Shown here in pieces: positions 39,502-50,944 of a stretch of 64,000 nucleotides of DNA (position 1 is its first letter; every line of letters begins with the position of its first letter). The position numbers were made by a program, and so were the translations under genes. This stretch comes from an uncultured Planctomycetota bacterium. Its GTDB lineage: Bacteria > Planctomycetota > Planctomycetia > Isosphaerales > Isosphaeraceae. The DNA is taken from NCBI GenBank assembly GCA_963823665.1, contig CAWGMQ010000010.1, forward strand, positions 1,312,001 to 1,376,000, written 5' to 3'. Under the pieces are notes generated by a model. The model worked only from the letters and a program-made list of their open reading frames with translations, did not search any database and had not been told where the DNA came from.

Positions 39502-40542
39502 TCAGGCTCTCATCTCCTCATGACGAGGAAAGTTCTCGACGGGACGCAATCCCTCGCCAAGCTTGTCACGCTCCGCGAGCAACGCACCAGTACACTCGCG
39601 GGCGCTCTGGCACTCGACGATCCACTTCGCGATGAAAGATCTCCGGGCGACGCAATCGACATCGAACGCCCAGAGAACAGCCATGAGCGGCCAGAGGAAC
39701 AATTCTCCTTCCTTCACCCGGCCGTAAACCAACGGCGGGACCACGTCCCGTCCAAACCAGCCCTCCGTGGCTGAAGCAATCGTTCCGGAAAGCACGGAAC
39801 GAAATCCCTGCCATTGGTAGATGTGTTCCAGGCAGTCACGATAGAACCGATAGCCTGGGTTCGATGGTTCCAGACTCACGGCCCCGAGGAAGCCCCCCAT
39901 TTTCGTCAGCTCCGCAATGGCCCTCAGCGACGCGGCGTCGGACACGTGGTTATAACGGTCAGTGCCAAGGCCGACGCTCACGAGAATCTTGACGATCCGC
40001 GGGTCGAGCGATGCCACAGAGGTGACAGAGACCGCGTCTTCGATGGGATCTCCCAGTCCTTCTTCATCGCCCGCCATGAGCGAGTCCGACCCGCCATCGA
40101 CAATCACGATCGCATCGATCTCGTGAGCTTCGCACAATTGCTCGTACAGCCGGCTGAGCAGAGGGACCGAGAACGCCCTGGCATAATAGGCATAGACGGA
40201 GTGCGGAGCAGTCGCGGGGTAGATCGCGTCGAGGTACGTACAGACATGGACCTCAGGTCCGTAATAGGGATCGGGTTGACTGGCACCCGTGACACGCTTG
40301 GCCACCGCTCCGCCGCTGTCGAAAATGGTCTCGGTTTCGCCGGTGATTTCGTTCGGGTCGCCGAAGGAATAACTTCCAATGACGACCGACTTACCGAGCC
40401 GTTGCAACTCGGGATAAAGCAGCAGGCTATGTACAAAGTCAAACCCACCGCCGCAGCCACACAGCATGACGGACTTCACCGAGGGGTCGGCGAGCTGACG
40501 CAGGAACGGGGGCAGAAATAAGGAATGTTCCGTACTCGGCAT
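39502..40542 (-). CDS. DUF1152 family protein
   Basis: GCGGGFD, VDGGSDSLMAGDEEGLG, LWPLM motifs. Confidence 0.75.
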   Translation of the reverse strand: MPSTEHSLFLPPFLRQLADPSVKSVMLCGCGGGFDFVHSLLLYPELQRLGKSVVIGSYSFGDPNEITGETETIFDSGGAVAKRVTGASQPDPYYGPEVHVCTYLDAIYPATAPHSVYAYYARAFSVPLLSRLYEQLCEAHEIDAIVIVDGGSDSLMAGDEEGLGDPIEDAVSVTSVASLDPRIVKILVSVGLGTDRYNHVSDAASLRAIAELTKMGGFLGAVSLEPSNPGYRFYRDCLEHIYQWQGFRSVLSGTIASATEGWFGRDVVPPLVYGRVKEGELFLWPLMAVLWAFDVDCVARRSFIAKWIVECQSARECTGALLAERDKLGEGLRPVENFPRHEEMRA

Positions 40543-40712
40543 AACATAATCCGTCCTATGCGCATATCGGCTTTCATGGCGCGCGATCTGCGTCAGCTCA
40601 TAAAGGGCAAGCAGTGAGTAGCCAGTCTACGCTCACTAACCTTGGAGTAATCGTCCCCGGCGCAAACGCCCTGATTGACCTGGTCTCCCCGCGCGTGACC
40701 GCGGACCATCGC

Positions 40713-41387
40713 TCAGTGCTTGGACTCTGAAAGCTTCTTGACGAAGTTTGCATGCGCTGCCGATTTGAGCCCGCGCTCGAGCGCTCGCACGTGGCGGGCG
40801 ATATCGTCTTCCCAGAGTGCCGATCCGTCGAGCCAGAGGCCAGGAAACGCCTTGGAGCGGAAAATCCCCCGGGAATCGGGCCGAACCAGTTCGTATCTAC
40901 CCTTCACCAGGCGGTGCCATCGCACGGCCTTCTCCTCGATCAGAACGGCGACGTAATCACGCACTGTGGCTGCTTCATAGAGGGCTTTCTTGACGCCGAG
41001 ATCGTACGCCGCACTCGTGACGCAAATTTCGGCCGCCAGCTCGGGAGCACCGGCATGATACTTACCTTGGATTGTCGATTGGCCTCCGTACTCAGGACGG
41101 ATCCACAGGTAGTTGTCGGGCTGCGGTGCGCTCTGGCGCATCAGCCATGTCGACTGACTGCCTGCGGCACAGCCCGGAGTGTTCAGGATGTAGATTCCCA
41201 ACCACATCGCAATCCAGAGTTCGGTGCGCCCGTGATCGCTCGATAGCGGGGAAGGCATGTAAACCACTCCATCGATTAGCTCGGCAAACTTGACTTCCGG
41301 CATGGCCTCCCAGCGACGCAGGAATTCCTGAACCGCCAGTCGTTGTCCGGCTCGAAGCGGCTGGTGGGCGCGATGGGCGATTGACAT
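40713..41387 (-). CDS. Uma2/DUF820 family endonuclease-like protein
   Basis: AELIDGVVYMPSP, PQPD, GAPELAAEI, FPGLWLD. Confidence 0.9.
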   Translation of the reverse strand: MSIAHRAHQPLRAGQRLAVQEFLRRWEAMPEVKFAELIDGVVYMPSPLSSDHGRTELWIAMWLGIYILNTPGCAAGSQSTWLMRQSAPQPDNYLWIRPEYGGQSTIQGKYHAGAPELAAEICVTSAAYDLGVKKALYEAATVRDYVAVLIEEKAVRWHRLVKGRYELVRPDSRGIFRSKAFPGLWLDGSALWEDDIARHVRALERGLKSAAHANFVKKLSESKH

Positions 41388-41581
41388 GAACGGGCGCTCC
41401 TATGGCTCAACGAAACCATTGTAACGCCGTGCGCCCAAACGCAGAAGATCGCAGGCCGGTAGCCGGATTAGACTAGCCTTTCGCTCTGCGAAAGAACAAC
41501 ATGGTCGTACGACCCCCGTCGAACGGGCCCTCGACCGCGAGCGTTCGTTCACACTTGAGACTCACGATGGCCACGACATAA

Positions 41582-42226
41582 TTGGCCATCGGGGTGGCCG
41601 ACTTGACTAGCGAAGCACCCAACAGAGCGATTTCACCAGCAACGCCGGCACTCGTGCGCAAGTTCGGCGTCGCCGATGCGATGATCCTGCTCGCCGGGTT
41701 CGGTTTCGCGCTTGCGGGTGGACTCAAGCTTCTCGTGGCTCTCGCTGAGCAGTGCTATTACTTGTGCGAAGTAATCGCCGCGTATAACAGTCCGTTCTAT
41801 GCCAATAGGCCAGCATTCTGGAGATCGTGGGTCGCAATTTACTGGTCTAGCACACTGTATTTGGCGATTCGAGTGTTCGGAATCTTCCTCCTGGGAATGA
41901 CCCCAGCGTTCTTGTTCGTGCGCTTGAGGCGGCCACGCCAGCCCATTCGCGCGTTGTTCAAACAGCCCGGTTTCGTCGCGGGTCTGGCGATCATCTTCGG
42001 TCAGTTCTGGCTGACCGGTTGGCTTCACCGCCTGTACTTCGGCAGGCTCACGGACGCGACGGTGACTGGCGTCGTCGTCGGCGCCATGGTCGCCGTTGCA
42101 TGGGCCGCGTTAATCCTGAGCCGGCAGTGGAAAACAGAGCCGGGCTGGATCGACAGGATGGGGCGAGTGCTCGGAGCCAGCGCGATCGCCGTTGGAGCGA
42201 TTTCCTTCGCGCTCGCTGGGATTTGA
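41582..42226 (+). CDS. Multi-TM membrane protein
   Basis: Five hydrophobic segments; RLRRPR, QPG and WIDRMGR motifs. Start uncertain. Confidence 0.7.
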   Translation: MAIGVADLTSEAPNRAISPATPALVRKFGVADAMILLAGFGFALAGGLKLLVALAEQCYYLCEVIAAYNSPFYANRPAFWRSWVAIYWSSTLYLAIRVFGIFLLGMTPAFLFVRLRRPRQPIRALFKQPGFVAGLAIIFGQFWLTGWLHRLYFGRLTDATVTGVVVGAMVAVAWAALILSRQWKTEPGWIDRMGRVLGASAIAVGAISFALAGI

Positions 42227-42284
42227 GCCAAGAACGTTCGGCGAACATCAAGGACTGACAGCCCCTCAGCCGGTCGTCCCTGCG

Positions 42285-43484
42285 TCAGCTCCGCAGCACA
42301 GGAAGCCGTACCAAAGACTCCCCCAGCACGGCCTGGGAGTCGAGGCCGAGCCACTCCTCGAGCACGGTCGCGTAGACCTGACGAAAATCGACCAGCCATT
42401 TCAGGTCGCCATCCGCCAGGTCGCAGAGCGACGGATAACGACCGACCACACCAGCCCGCACCGATGGCCCCGCCAGCAGGACCAGCCCGGCTGTACCATG
42501 GTCAGTCCCGGCTGTGCCATTCTCGGCCACCCGGCGCCCGAATTCGCTGAAGCAGACGACCAACACCCTCTCGGCTAGCTTGGCGGCGGCCAGGTCATCG
42601 AGGAAGGCCCGAAGCGCACCGGACAGCTCGGTCACCAGGTCGAAATGCGTCGACAACTGGTACGCGTGAGTGTCATAGCCGGATTGAGACGTATAGAGGA
42701 TCCTTGCGGCCAAGCCTCCCTTGAGCAAACGAGCGACCAGCCGAAGCCGCTCGCCCAGCGCCGTCGCCGGGTAGCCCGCGCCGGCGTCCTTGACGCGCGC
42801 CACGTTCGCAAGCCGGTCGGCCGACGTGTAAGCGTCGAGCGTGCTGCGGCGGACGAAAGCAAGCAGGCCGTCGCCTGGTTCGGCCGACGCGAAGGCACGC
42901 GCCGGCTCGATTCGCGGATTGGGAAGTAGGTCGTCGATCCGCTCCAAGGTCGAGGCGATCGAGCGGCGGCCCCGGATCGCGAGTGGAACAGAGCCGGTGC
43001 CGACAAAGACCGCCGAGGATCGGCTAGGGCCCATGGCGTCGATCCCGCGACCCAGCCAGCCCGATTCGTCGTGGCCTTCCGGTACCAGCCGCGCCGTGTG
43101 CCAGATCCTGGTCGAGCGGAAGTGCGAACGATCGGGATTGGGATAGCCGACGCCGGGGACGATCGCCAGCCGGCCCGATTGCAGCAGCCGCGCGGCCTCG
43201 CGCATTCCAGGGTGCAGTCCCAGCTCGCCGTCGAGCTTGATCAAATCATTCGCCGGCAGGCGGAAGTCGCGCCGATGCCTTGCGTAGCCTTGATCGGCGA
43301 AAGGCACGACCATGTTGATCCCATCATTCCCTCCGTCGAGCTGGATGACGACCAGCACGCGGCCCTCGCGATCTGGCCCAGCCGCCCGCGCCGCGGGGAC
43401 CAGAAAGCCGGGGACCGTTGGCGCCAGAGCGATCAGCGACGAGCCACGGAGCGAGCTTTTCAAAAAGGCACGGCGGGTCCGCAT
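42285..43484 (-). CDS. DUF1501 family protein (Tat signal)
   Basis: TRRAFLK, QLDGGNDG, RSHF, YDTH, SEFGRR, GTDHG. Confidence 0.92.
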   Translation of the reverse strand: MRTRRAFLKSSLRGSSLIALAPTVPGFLVPAARAAGPDREGRVLVVIQLDGGNDGINMVVPFADQGYARHRRDFRLPANDLIKLDGELGLHPGMREAARLLQSGRLAIVPGVGYPNPDRSHFRSTRIWHTARLVPEGHDESGWLGRGIDAMGPSRSSAVFVGTGSVPLAIRGRRSIASTLERIDDLLPNPRIEPARAFASAEPGDGLLAFVRRSTLDAYTSADRLANVARVKDAGAGYPATALGERLRLVARLLKGGLAARILYTSQSGYDTHAYQLSTHFDLVTELSGALRAFLDDLAAAKLAERVLVVCFSEFGRRVAENGTAGTDHGTAGLVLLAGPSVRAGVVGRYPSLCDLADGDLKWLVDFRQVYATVLEEWLGLDSQAVLGESLVRLPVLRS

Positions 43485-43524
43485 GAAAAACCTCCGGAAT
43501 GCTGGAATCGATGATGCGAATGCG

Positions 43525-44889
43525 TTAACCAACTTGGGCCGCGGGGCTGGCCAGGATGATGGCGACCGCGTGCCGGGCTGCCCCTGGTCCCCAGGCTGAC
43601 GGAGTCCCCTGAAGGCTGGCAATTCGGTCGAGCCACCCGGGTTCCGGCTCGCCGCCGAAAACCAGGTCAGCGAAGAAGCGGAGGACCATCTCGCGGCCCG
43701 CGGGAATGCCATGCCGCCGGGCCAGGGCCAGAGCATCAAACGCCTTTGCCCGGCCGATTCCACGTCCCGAAACGAGGGTCGCGGCATAATTGGCCCTGCC
43801 GATCAGGCCGCGGGACGAGAGCCATGCGCGACCACCCGGCCACCCCCCGACGTTCGGCGGGTAGAACAAGTCCTGGCCCAGCTTAGCAATCCATTCGCCT
43901 ACGATCAGCGTGCTCGGGGGCGGGTCCAACAGCTCGAGCGCCCGTAGCGAGCCGACAACCAGCTCAACCGGCCCCAGCACACGCGAACGCAGGTTGGCAC
44001 GATCCCAGAAAGCCCTCGACCGCAGCACCGTGGCGACCGCCCAGCCGATGTCGAGATCGTGGGCGCGAAGCCCGTCAGCGAGCGCGGCGATCGCTGTCTC
44101 CGAGACCGCGTTCTCTCCCATCAGCCAGTCGCAGAGTCGTCGGGCCAGCCGTTTCGATGCAGCCGGTCGGTGTGTCAAGATCCTTAAGAGATCAAGACCG
44201 GTTAGCTCGCCCGTGTGCCCAAGGATTGTTTTCTTCCCATCGTCGTGTCGGCGGGCATTCTCGTGGAACAGTTCGTCGTCGACCGTCCATCCGGAGAGCG
44301 CCCGTGCGGCCTCTTTCACATCCGACTCGCTGAACTCACCGATTCCCAGCGTGAACAGCTCCAGGAGCTCCCGCGCGAGGTTCTCGTTGGGATGGCCCTT
44401 GCGGTTGCTCGAGGCGTCGAGCCAGATCAACATGGCAGGGTCGCGCACGACCGCTTCGAGCAGCCCGCCAAACGGACCCCGCCCGTGCCGGCGGAACACG
44501 TCGTTCTGCCGTCTCATGGCCGCCAGGTTGTTCACCTTGAGGTTGCTGGTGGCAAAGTGATCGTGCCACAACAGCGTCAGCCGCTCGCCCAGCGGATCCG
44601 GACTGAAGAGCAGGCGAAAGACCCACCACGCTTTCAGCCGCGCGGGATCGTTGGAAGCGACGGCGGCATCGGCCAGGATCGCTGCGGTCGACTCGAAGTC
44701 CGGGGCAACGCCTGCTGATCGTGCCTTCCCGTGCAGCACGCGTTGGATGCTGGCGTCAGGGCCGTCGGCCAGATCACGCTGCAGTTCGTCCCACGTGGCG
44801 GCGAATCCAGCGCGGCGATGGAGGTGAACGACCCGCCGCAGGTCCCACGGAGCCAATTCATCGGGAACGTAGGGTAGCCACGAATCCAT
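43525..44889 (-). CDS. DUF1800 family protein
   Basis: HLHRRAGF, LWHDHFATS, PNENLARELLELFTLG, PPNVGGW. Confidence 0.92.
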   Translation of the reverse strand: MDSWLPYVPDELAPWDLRRVVHLHRRAGFAATWDELQRDLADGPDASIQRVLHGKARSAGVAPDFESTAAILADAAVASNDPARLKAWWVFRLLFSPDPLGERLTLLWHDHFATSNLKVNNLAAMRRQNDVFRRHGRGPFGGLLEAVVRDPAMLIWLDASSNRKGHPNENLARELLELFTLGIGEFSESDVKEAARALSGWTVDDELFHENARRHDDGKKTILGHTGELTGLDLLRILTHRPAASKRLARRLCDWLMGENAVSETAIAALADGLRAHDLDIGWAVATVLRSRAFWDRANLRSRVLGPVELVVGSLRALELLDPPPSTLIVGEWIAKLGQDLFYPPNVGGWPGGRAWLSSRGLIGRANYAATLVSGRGIGRAKAFDALALARRHGIPAGREMVLRFFADLVFGGEPEPGWLDRIASLQGTPSAWGPGAARHAVAIILASPAAQVG

Positions 44890-44941
44890 GGGTCGTCCGC
44901 CAATCAGTGAATGAGGAGAACTGTAAAGTTCTTTCGACCGG

Positions 44942-47861
44942 TCACCGTGGCTGGATTTTCAGATCGCCCAGGTCACGAGTTTCGCCAGGCTGAAGCGCGA
45001 GTCCCTGGACCCACCTGCTGAGGAATGTGGCACCGACGCGGAAATTCAGGTCGTAGACCACGCCGGGAATCAGCCCTTCGACCCGGAATCGCCCGTCCTT
45101 CCCGAGGGCGGGTTCCAGCAGGGTGAAATAGTAGGGGATGTCCGCGAACTGCCCAGGGCCATACCCGACACTGATGACGATGCCGGTCGGGGGCCGGCCC
45201 TCCTCGTCGACTAGGCGGCCGATGAGCGTGCCCGCGGGCTGCAGGCGAACGGAGATCGGCCCTTTTCCGCCTCCCGCGGCCATGACCACCGCGGCGAGCT
45301 TCTTCTCGTGGTGGCGGAAGAACAAGTGCCGCCCGTGTCTCGGGTCGAGGGCCATCGCGGTGAACGCTTCAGAGGCGAGTGTGTCCATGTGTTGACTCAT
45401 CGTCGCGGGACAAAGGTTGACCGCGACGCAGCCCGCCAGGGGCTTACCGTCGGAGTCGAGTACGGTCCCCGCCTGCGAGTTTCCCGGATCGAGAGCCAGA
45501 TCGCACGTGAACGAGTCAGCCCCCTCGGCAGGATCGATCGCAACGATCGCGTGGAAAAACTCCGGCTGGCACAGATGGGGATCCGTATGGAACCAGCCCC
45601 GTTCGTCGGCACCGGGGATCGCGGTGGCACCCTGGCCGACGAGATAATGGTCCTTGGCGGCCCGAGCCGCAACCAGACCGCGGCCGGGGAGCCCGACTAG
45701 CTCGAATGAGCCATCGGGCCCAGTGGTGACTTCCCCTCCGGGCAGTTGACCTACTTCCGCACGATGAGGGTTGTCTCCGAACAGGAAGTATTCGACGACA
45801 GCGGGCACGGGTTTTCCCGTCGCCTTGTCGGCGACCTTGCCGCGGATCGCGACTCCGCGCTTCAAGGCGAAGTCAAGTGCGGCTGGGTCAGGCGCTGTCC
45901 CGGCCGGAGCCTCGGTGCTGGCTCCCAGGTAAGGCTGTCCTCGGCCGGGGTTGGCGGTGATCACGTTCCCGGGCCCGACGGGCAGACCGACCAGGCGGTA
46001 TCGGCCATCTGCGCCGGAGGTCGTCCGCGCAGCTACCCTGATCTCTTCCGCAAGCGATGCTCGGATCGAGACCCCCGCGAGCGGCTTGCCCGTGTCCTTG
46101 TCGCGGACCGTCCCTTCAATCGGGCGCGTCGGTGCCGCCACGTGATCGACCGTCGCGCCGTGGAAGACGAGCGTGCCGAATTCAGGCTTATCCCGCTGCA
46201 TGGCCAGGCGATAAGCTGGACCGGACCGGGTCCGCGCCGAGGTGCCGCCGAAGGATGTAGCGATCGTGGGTCCTTCGATCCAGAGCGAGACGACCCGCTC
46301 CCGGCCGATCCCTGAAAGGCGAAATCTTCCTTCGGCATCAGTAGAGACAGCAAGTTGATCGCGCCATCGGAACAGCTCCAGACTCTTGGATGGCAAGCGC
46401 ATCGCCTCGTTGCTGTCGATGTCCTTCGCCCTGGCCATCGCGGCCTCCCAGGGAGTGAGGTCTTCATTGGGGTAAGCAGAGAGCCAGGACCGGGCGGATG
46501 GTCACGCCGCTAACGGGAAGACCCTCCAGGTCGAGCACCCGGCCGGTGATGGGCACGTCGTCGCGGACCAGCCTGAGCGTCAGGTCCTTGGCGTCGTTGA
46601 TGCTGGTAATCGTGGCCCAGGCCGGTCCGAATCCATGGGCCAGGGCCACGACAATCGGGTTCTTCCACGTCTCCTGCACTTCCAAGGTCTGAAGCCGCGG
46701 GTCGTCAAAGTGATACTGGAATTCTCCGCCGGCGCCGCTCGTGGCGGCCAGCACCGGCGGGCCCTCGAAGAAGAAATCGTCGCGCGGGCCGAGTGGCCGA
46801 TAGCAGTAGACCTTGGCCCCGACCAATGGCTTGCCGCCGGGGTCGAGCACGCGGCCGTGCACACTGAGAAGTCGTTCTGGTTCGTTCGTGACAGCGGGGT
46901 GCGGCGGCCTGGATGCCGGTGCCTGGGGAGTCGAGTCCCCGGTGTGGGTCGACTGGATCGATCCCTCGGGTCCGGCCTTCGCAGGCCCTGCCTGGGACCA
47001 GATGCGGGCCGACAAGACCGGCCGCGACGAGCAAGGCCGCCGCTGTCGTCAGATTCCGGATCTTTCCTACGAGCAGACTCCGCACCAGCGTGTCGGCCAG
47101 CCGGGCCGAGGCCGCGGAGACCCCACCTCGAACAGCGGCCTCGCCTGTGGCCAGACGGCCGGCGAGCTGGGTCAGGGCATCGATCCAGCCGGGTGGAACC
47201 GCGGCCGATACCTCTCGCGCCGAGCGCTGCCGACAGCCCGCCACTGGTGAGTGCCACTCCGCGCCGGGTCAGCCGTGAACGGAGTAGGTCACGAGCAGCA
47301 GCCAGACGGCGGCGGACCGTCGCTTCGCCCGAGCGCAGCTCGAAGGCTGCCTGCGCATGCGTCTTGCCCTCGAGGTAGCAAAGCACGACCGGCAGGCGAA
47401 ACTTCTCGGGCAGCCGCGCGACCTCCTCGTGCAACGGAGCGCGCCAATCTTCGTCACGAGGAGCTCTCCTCGCGCCCGACGAGCGCAGACAGGTCATCCA
47501 CGTGGCCCGTCAAGGAACTCCGCCGCGAGCGGTCGAGACTCGCCTGGACGGCAACCCGATGCGCGACGCGATGCAGCCAGCCCCCGACCGCCTCCCGGCG
47601 CCAGATCGTGCCGGCCCTGCGAATGAGCACCAGAAACGTCGCCTGGAACGCATCCTCGACGTCGGACGAATCTTGCAAGACGGTTCGGCAGACCGCCAAG
47701 ACCATCGGCCCGTGCCGCCCCACCAGTGCCGTGAACGCGCTCTCGTCCCGCGTTGACAGGAACCGCTCGATGAGCTGGCCGTCGGTCAAGCCCGCAACGG
47801 TCCCTGCTTCGAACAACCGATGAATTTGCCGCAGCGCGGCCACCAGGTGTGCACCAGCCAT
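44942..47861 (-). CDS. Large ECF sigma factor with C-terminal carboxypeptidase-regulatory-like repeats (about four frameshifts)
   Basis: RHGPMVLAVCR, EDAFQATFLVL (sigma2); LPEKFRLPVVLCYLEG (sigma4); repeated GRVLD..GKP modules over five frames. Confidence 0.82.
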
Positions 47862-47941
47862 GTCTTGCCCTCCCTCGTCGAAATCAAGTCTCTATCTTAT
47901 ATTGAGGGTTGGGCGACGCCTCGACGATCAACTTTTTACCA

Positions 47942-49348
47942 TTAAATAATCCGCCTGACCCACTTCTTCTTCGCTTCGTTATACGGCGGATAGAAGAACC
48001 ACGGATCGAGCCACGTCCGCTTGACGAGCACCGACTTCTTGTGACTGAAGGTTTCAAACGTTGCTCGGCCGTGATACGCGCCCATGCCGCTTGGGCCGAC
48101 GCCTCCGAACGGAAGCGAGTGGTTCACCAGGTGCATCAAAGTATGATTCACTGTCATTCCTCCGGAGGTCGTGCGCGCGATAACCTTGGCCTGAACCGCC
48201 GGGTCGGCGCTGAAGAGATAAAGCGCCAGCGGTTTGGGCCGCGAGTTCACCATGGCAATCGCATGGTCGATGTCCTGAACTCTGAGCACCGGTAGGATGG
48301 GCCCGAAGATCTCATGCTCCATGACCGGCGCTTCGCTCGGGACGTTCGTGAGGATCGTCGGGGCGATGTACTTCTCCGCGGGAATCCCGGTTCCCCCCGT
48401 GACGATCTCGCCGCTGCCGTCCAGCAGCTTCATCAGCCGATCGTAGTGCCGGCCGTTGATGATCCGGCCAAAGTCGCGCCCGGCGTGCGGGTCGTCGCCG
48501 AAAAAGTCGTGCAGCGTCTGTTTCATCCTCGCCAGCAGCGGCGCTTCGATTTCCTTGTGTGCCAGCACATAGTCGGGGGCAACGCAGGTCTGGCCGGCGT
48601 TGTAGAATTTCCCCCACATGATCCGCCGGGCGGCGACCTCCAGATCGGTGTGCTGGTCGACGATGCACGGGCTCTTGCCGCCCAGCTCGAGGGTCACGGG
48701 GGTCAAGTGCTTGGCCGCCGCCTCCATCACGATGCGGCCGACCGTCTCACCTCCCGTGAAGAAGATGTAGTCGAAACGCTCCGCGAGCAGAGCCGTCGTT
48801 TCCTCGGGCCCTCCCTGGACGATCTGCACGGACGCCCCGTCCAGATACTGCGGCAGCACTCCGGCGATCAGTCCGCTGGTGGCCGGCGCAAGCTCGCTCG
48901 GCTTCAACACGGCACAGTTCCCGGCAGCGATCGCTCCGACCAACGGCAGCAGCAAGAGCTGGAGCGGGTAGTTCCACGGCCCGATGATCAGCACCACGCC
49001 CAGCGGCTCGCGATAGATGTAGCTTCGCCCAGGCTGGCAGGCGATGGCCGTCGGCACTCGCTCCGGCTTGGTCCACGACCCCAGTTTCTTTCGAGTGAGG
49101 GCCAGCTCGGCCACGATCAGCGCGATTTCCGACGGATACACCTCGAATGCGGGCCGCCCCATGTCGTGGTGCAGAGCATGCCCGATGTCGTGCTCTCGTT
49201 CCTTGAGGAACCGCCCCAGGCCGTCAAGCTGCTTCTGGCGGTACTCCAGCGGACGCGTACGGCCGCTTTCGTAGCGTGCTCGAAGCATTTGCACGAGCGC
49301 TCCCGGCGTTGCGTGAGACGTCTTATCCTCGAGAACCGCACTGCTCAT
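47942..49348 (-). CDS. NAD(P)-dependent aldehyde dehydrogenase (ALDH3-like)
   Basis: PWNYP, LKPSE, FTGG, LELGGKSP, NAGQTCVAPDY, EIFGP. Confidence 0.96.
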   Translation of the reverse strand: MSSAVLEDKTSHATPGALVQMLRARYESGRTRPLEYRQKQLDGLGRFLKEREHDIGHALHHDMGRPAFEVYPSEIALIVAELALTRKKLGSWTKPERVPTAIACQPGRSYIYREPLGVVLIIGPWNYPLQLLLLPLVGAIAAGNCAVLKPSELAPATSGLIAGVLPQYLDGASVQIVQGGPEETTALLAERFDYIFFTGGETVGRIVMEAAAKHLTPVTLELGGKSPCIVDQHTDLEVAARRIMWGKFYNAGQTCVAPDYVLAHKEIEAPLLARMKQTLHDFFGDDPHAGRDFGRIINGRHYDRLMKLLDGSGEIVTGGTGIPAEKYIAPTILTNVPSEAPVMEHEIFGPILPVLRVQDIDHAIAMVNSRPKPLALYLFSADPAVQAKVIARTTSGGMTVNHTLMHLVNHSLPFGGVGPSGMGAYHGRATFETFSHKKSVLVKRTWLDPWFFYPPYNEAKKKWVRRII

Positions 49349-49533
49349 CGCTTTATTCCCCGGCTCTGGTCGAACGAAAGTGTCACGATAAAGAGCTCGC
49401 GCGACACCGTCGAGCGACGGGAGGTTTGTGGCTGCTCGCCGTGATCGTCTGTTGATCGTAATATAGAGTCCCGCGGCGAATCAAAGTAGTGGGCTACCTG
49501 TTGTGCCGCCGGCTTCGACACGGAGTGACTCGA

Positions 49534-50542
49534 ATGAGCCTGGTCAACCATCAGTTCCGCCTGGCGGGCCGTCCCACCGGTATGCCCGTTCGACTTGACT
49601 GGTCATACACCGAGGAGCCCGTTCCAGAACCGGGCGAAGGCCAGATCCTGGTCCAGGTGCTGTACATTTCGCTCGACCCCGCGATGCGCGGCTGGATGAA
49701 CGAGGGCCGGTCATATATCGCCCCGGTGAAAATCGGTGAGGTCATGCGTGCGCTCGGAGCAGGCCGGGTGGTCGCATCCAGAAATCCTGCCTTCGCGGTC
49801 GGCGACCACGTCACCGGTGTCTTCGGCGTGCAGGAATTTGCGATCTCGAGCGGCGAGGGCGTGATGAAGGTCGACGTTCAATTCGCGCCCCTTCCTCGCT
49901 ATCTCAGCGCCCTCGGGATGCCCGGACTCACTGCCTACTTCGGCTTGCTCGAGGTTGGTCAAGCAAAGGCGGGCGAGACGGTGGTCCTCTCGGGCGCGGC
50001 CGGCGCCGTCGGCGCGGTTGCCGGTCAGATCGCCAAGATCAAAGGCTGCCGTGTGGTCGGCATTGCCGGCGGCCCCGCGAAGTGCAATTACGTCGTAGAC
50101 GAACTTGGCTTTGATGCCAGCATCGACTACAAGGCGGAAGACGTGAAGGCAGCCCTGGCGAAGCACTGCCCCAAGGGCGTCGACGTCTATTTCGATAACG
50201 TCGGCGGCGAGATTCTCGACGCCACGCTGCTCTTTCTCAACCGCCGCGCGCGTCGTCATCTGCGGCGCGATCTCCCAGTACAACAACACCACGCCGATCA
50301 AAGGCCCGTCCAACTATCTGTCCCTGCTCGTCAATCACGCCCGGATGGAAGGATTCGTGGTCTTCGACTACGTCACGAAATACAGCGAGGGGCTCCGCGA
50401 AATGGCCGGCTGGCTCGGTGCCGGCAAGCTCAAGTCGCGCGAGGATATCGTCAAGGGCTTCGAGAGCTTCCCCGAAACTCTGCTCAAGCTTTACACGGGC
50501 GAGAATTTCGGGAAGCTGATCCTGCAAGTTGGTGACGAATAA
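49534..50542 (+). CDS. NADP-dependent alkenal/prostaglandin reductase-like oxidoreductase (frameshift ~50245)
   Basis: SLDPAMRGWM, LGMPGLTAYFGL, GAAGAVG, YFDNVGG; second frame GENFGKL. Confidence 0.9.
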
Positions 50543-50574
50543 TAAGCAGAGCCTTTACACACTCGCGGGATCTA

Positions 50575-50805
50575 CTACTCGCAAAGCGATTCCCTCGAGA
50601 GGGCAGAATCAGACGGCGAAACACCGCATTCCCTCGCCAACCCCATTAGCTGACGCTCCCACTCATCGCGTGGAAGCACCGGGAGAGCAGTCTGCAGGAA
50701 ACGCTGTCGCAGCGTGTCGAGCGCCAGTACCTCGGGACCCACCCCGCGGTCGCGGGCCGCCTTATTCAAGGCGTCCTCCAGTTCCGGTTCAAGACTGATG
50801 ACCAT
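50575..50805 (-). CDS. Small antitoxin-like protein (no adjacent toxin)
   Basis: MVISLEPELEDALNKAARDRGVGPE...SDSALSRESLCE. Confidence 0.5.
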   Translation of the reverse strand: MVISLEPELEDALNKAARDRGVGPEVLALDTLRQRFLQTALPVLPRDEWERQLMGLARECGVSPSDSALSRESLCE

Positions 50806-50944
50806 TGGCGCCTCCCACTCCGCCGACGGCTTCAGGAAACCCGGACTTATGGAGCTTCGCGGCGATGAACATCCCAATTGAAGATGCTAGCACGGTTCGC
50901 CGATAATTCTCAATGACGACAAGCGAATTTCGGACGCGAAAGTC

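Noticed and set aside
42285..44889. DUF1800-DUF1501 pair as a novel system
   Set aside because: A common, widely distributed gene pair; nothing unusual here.
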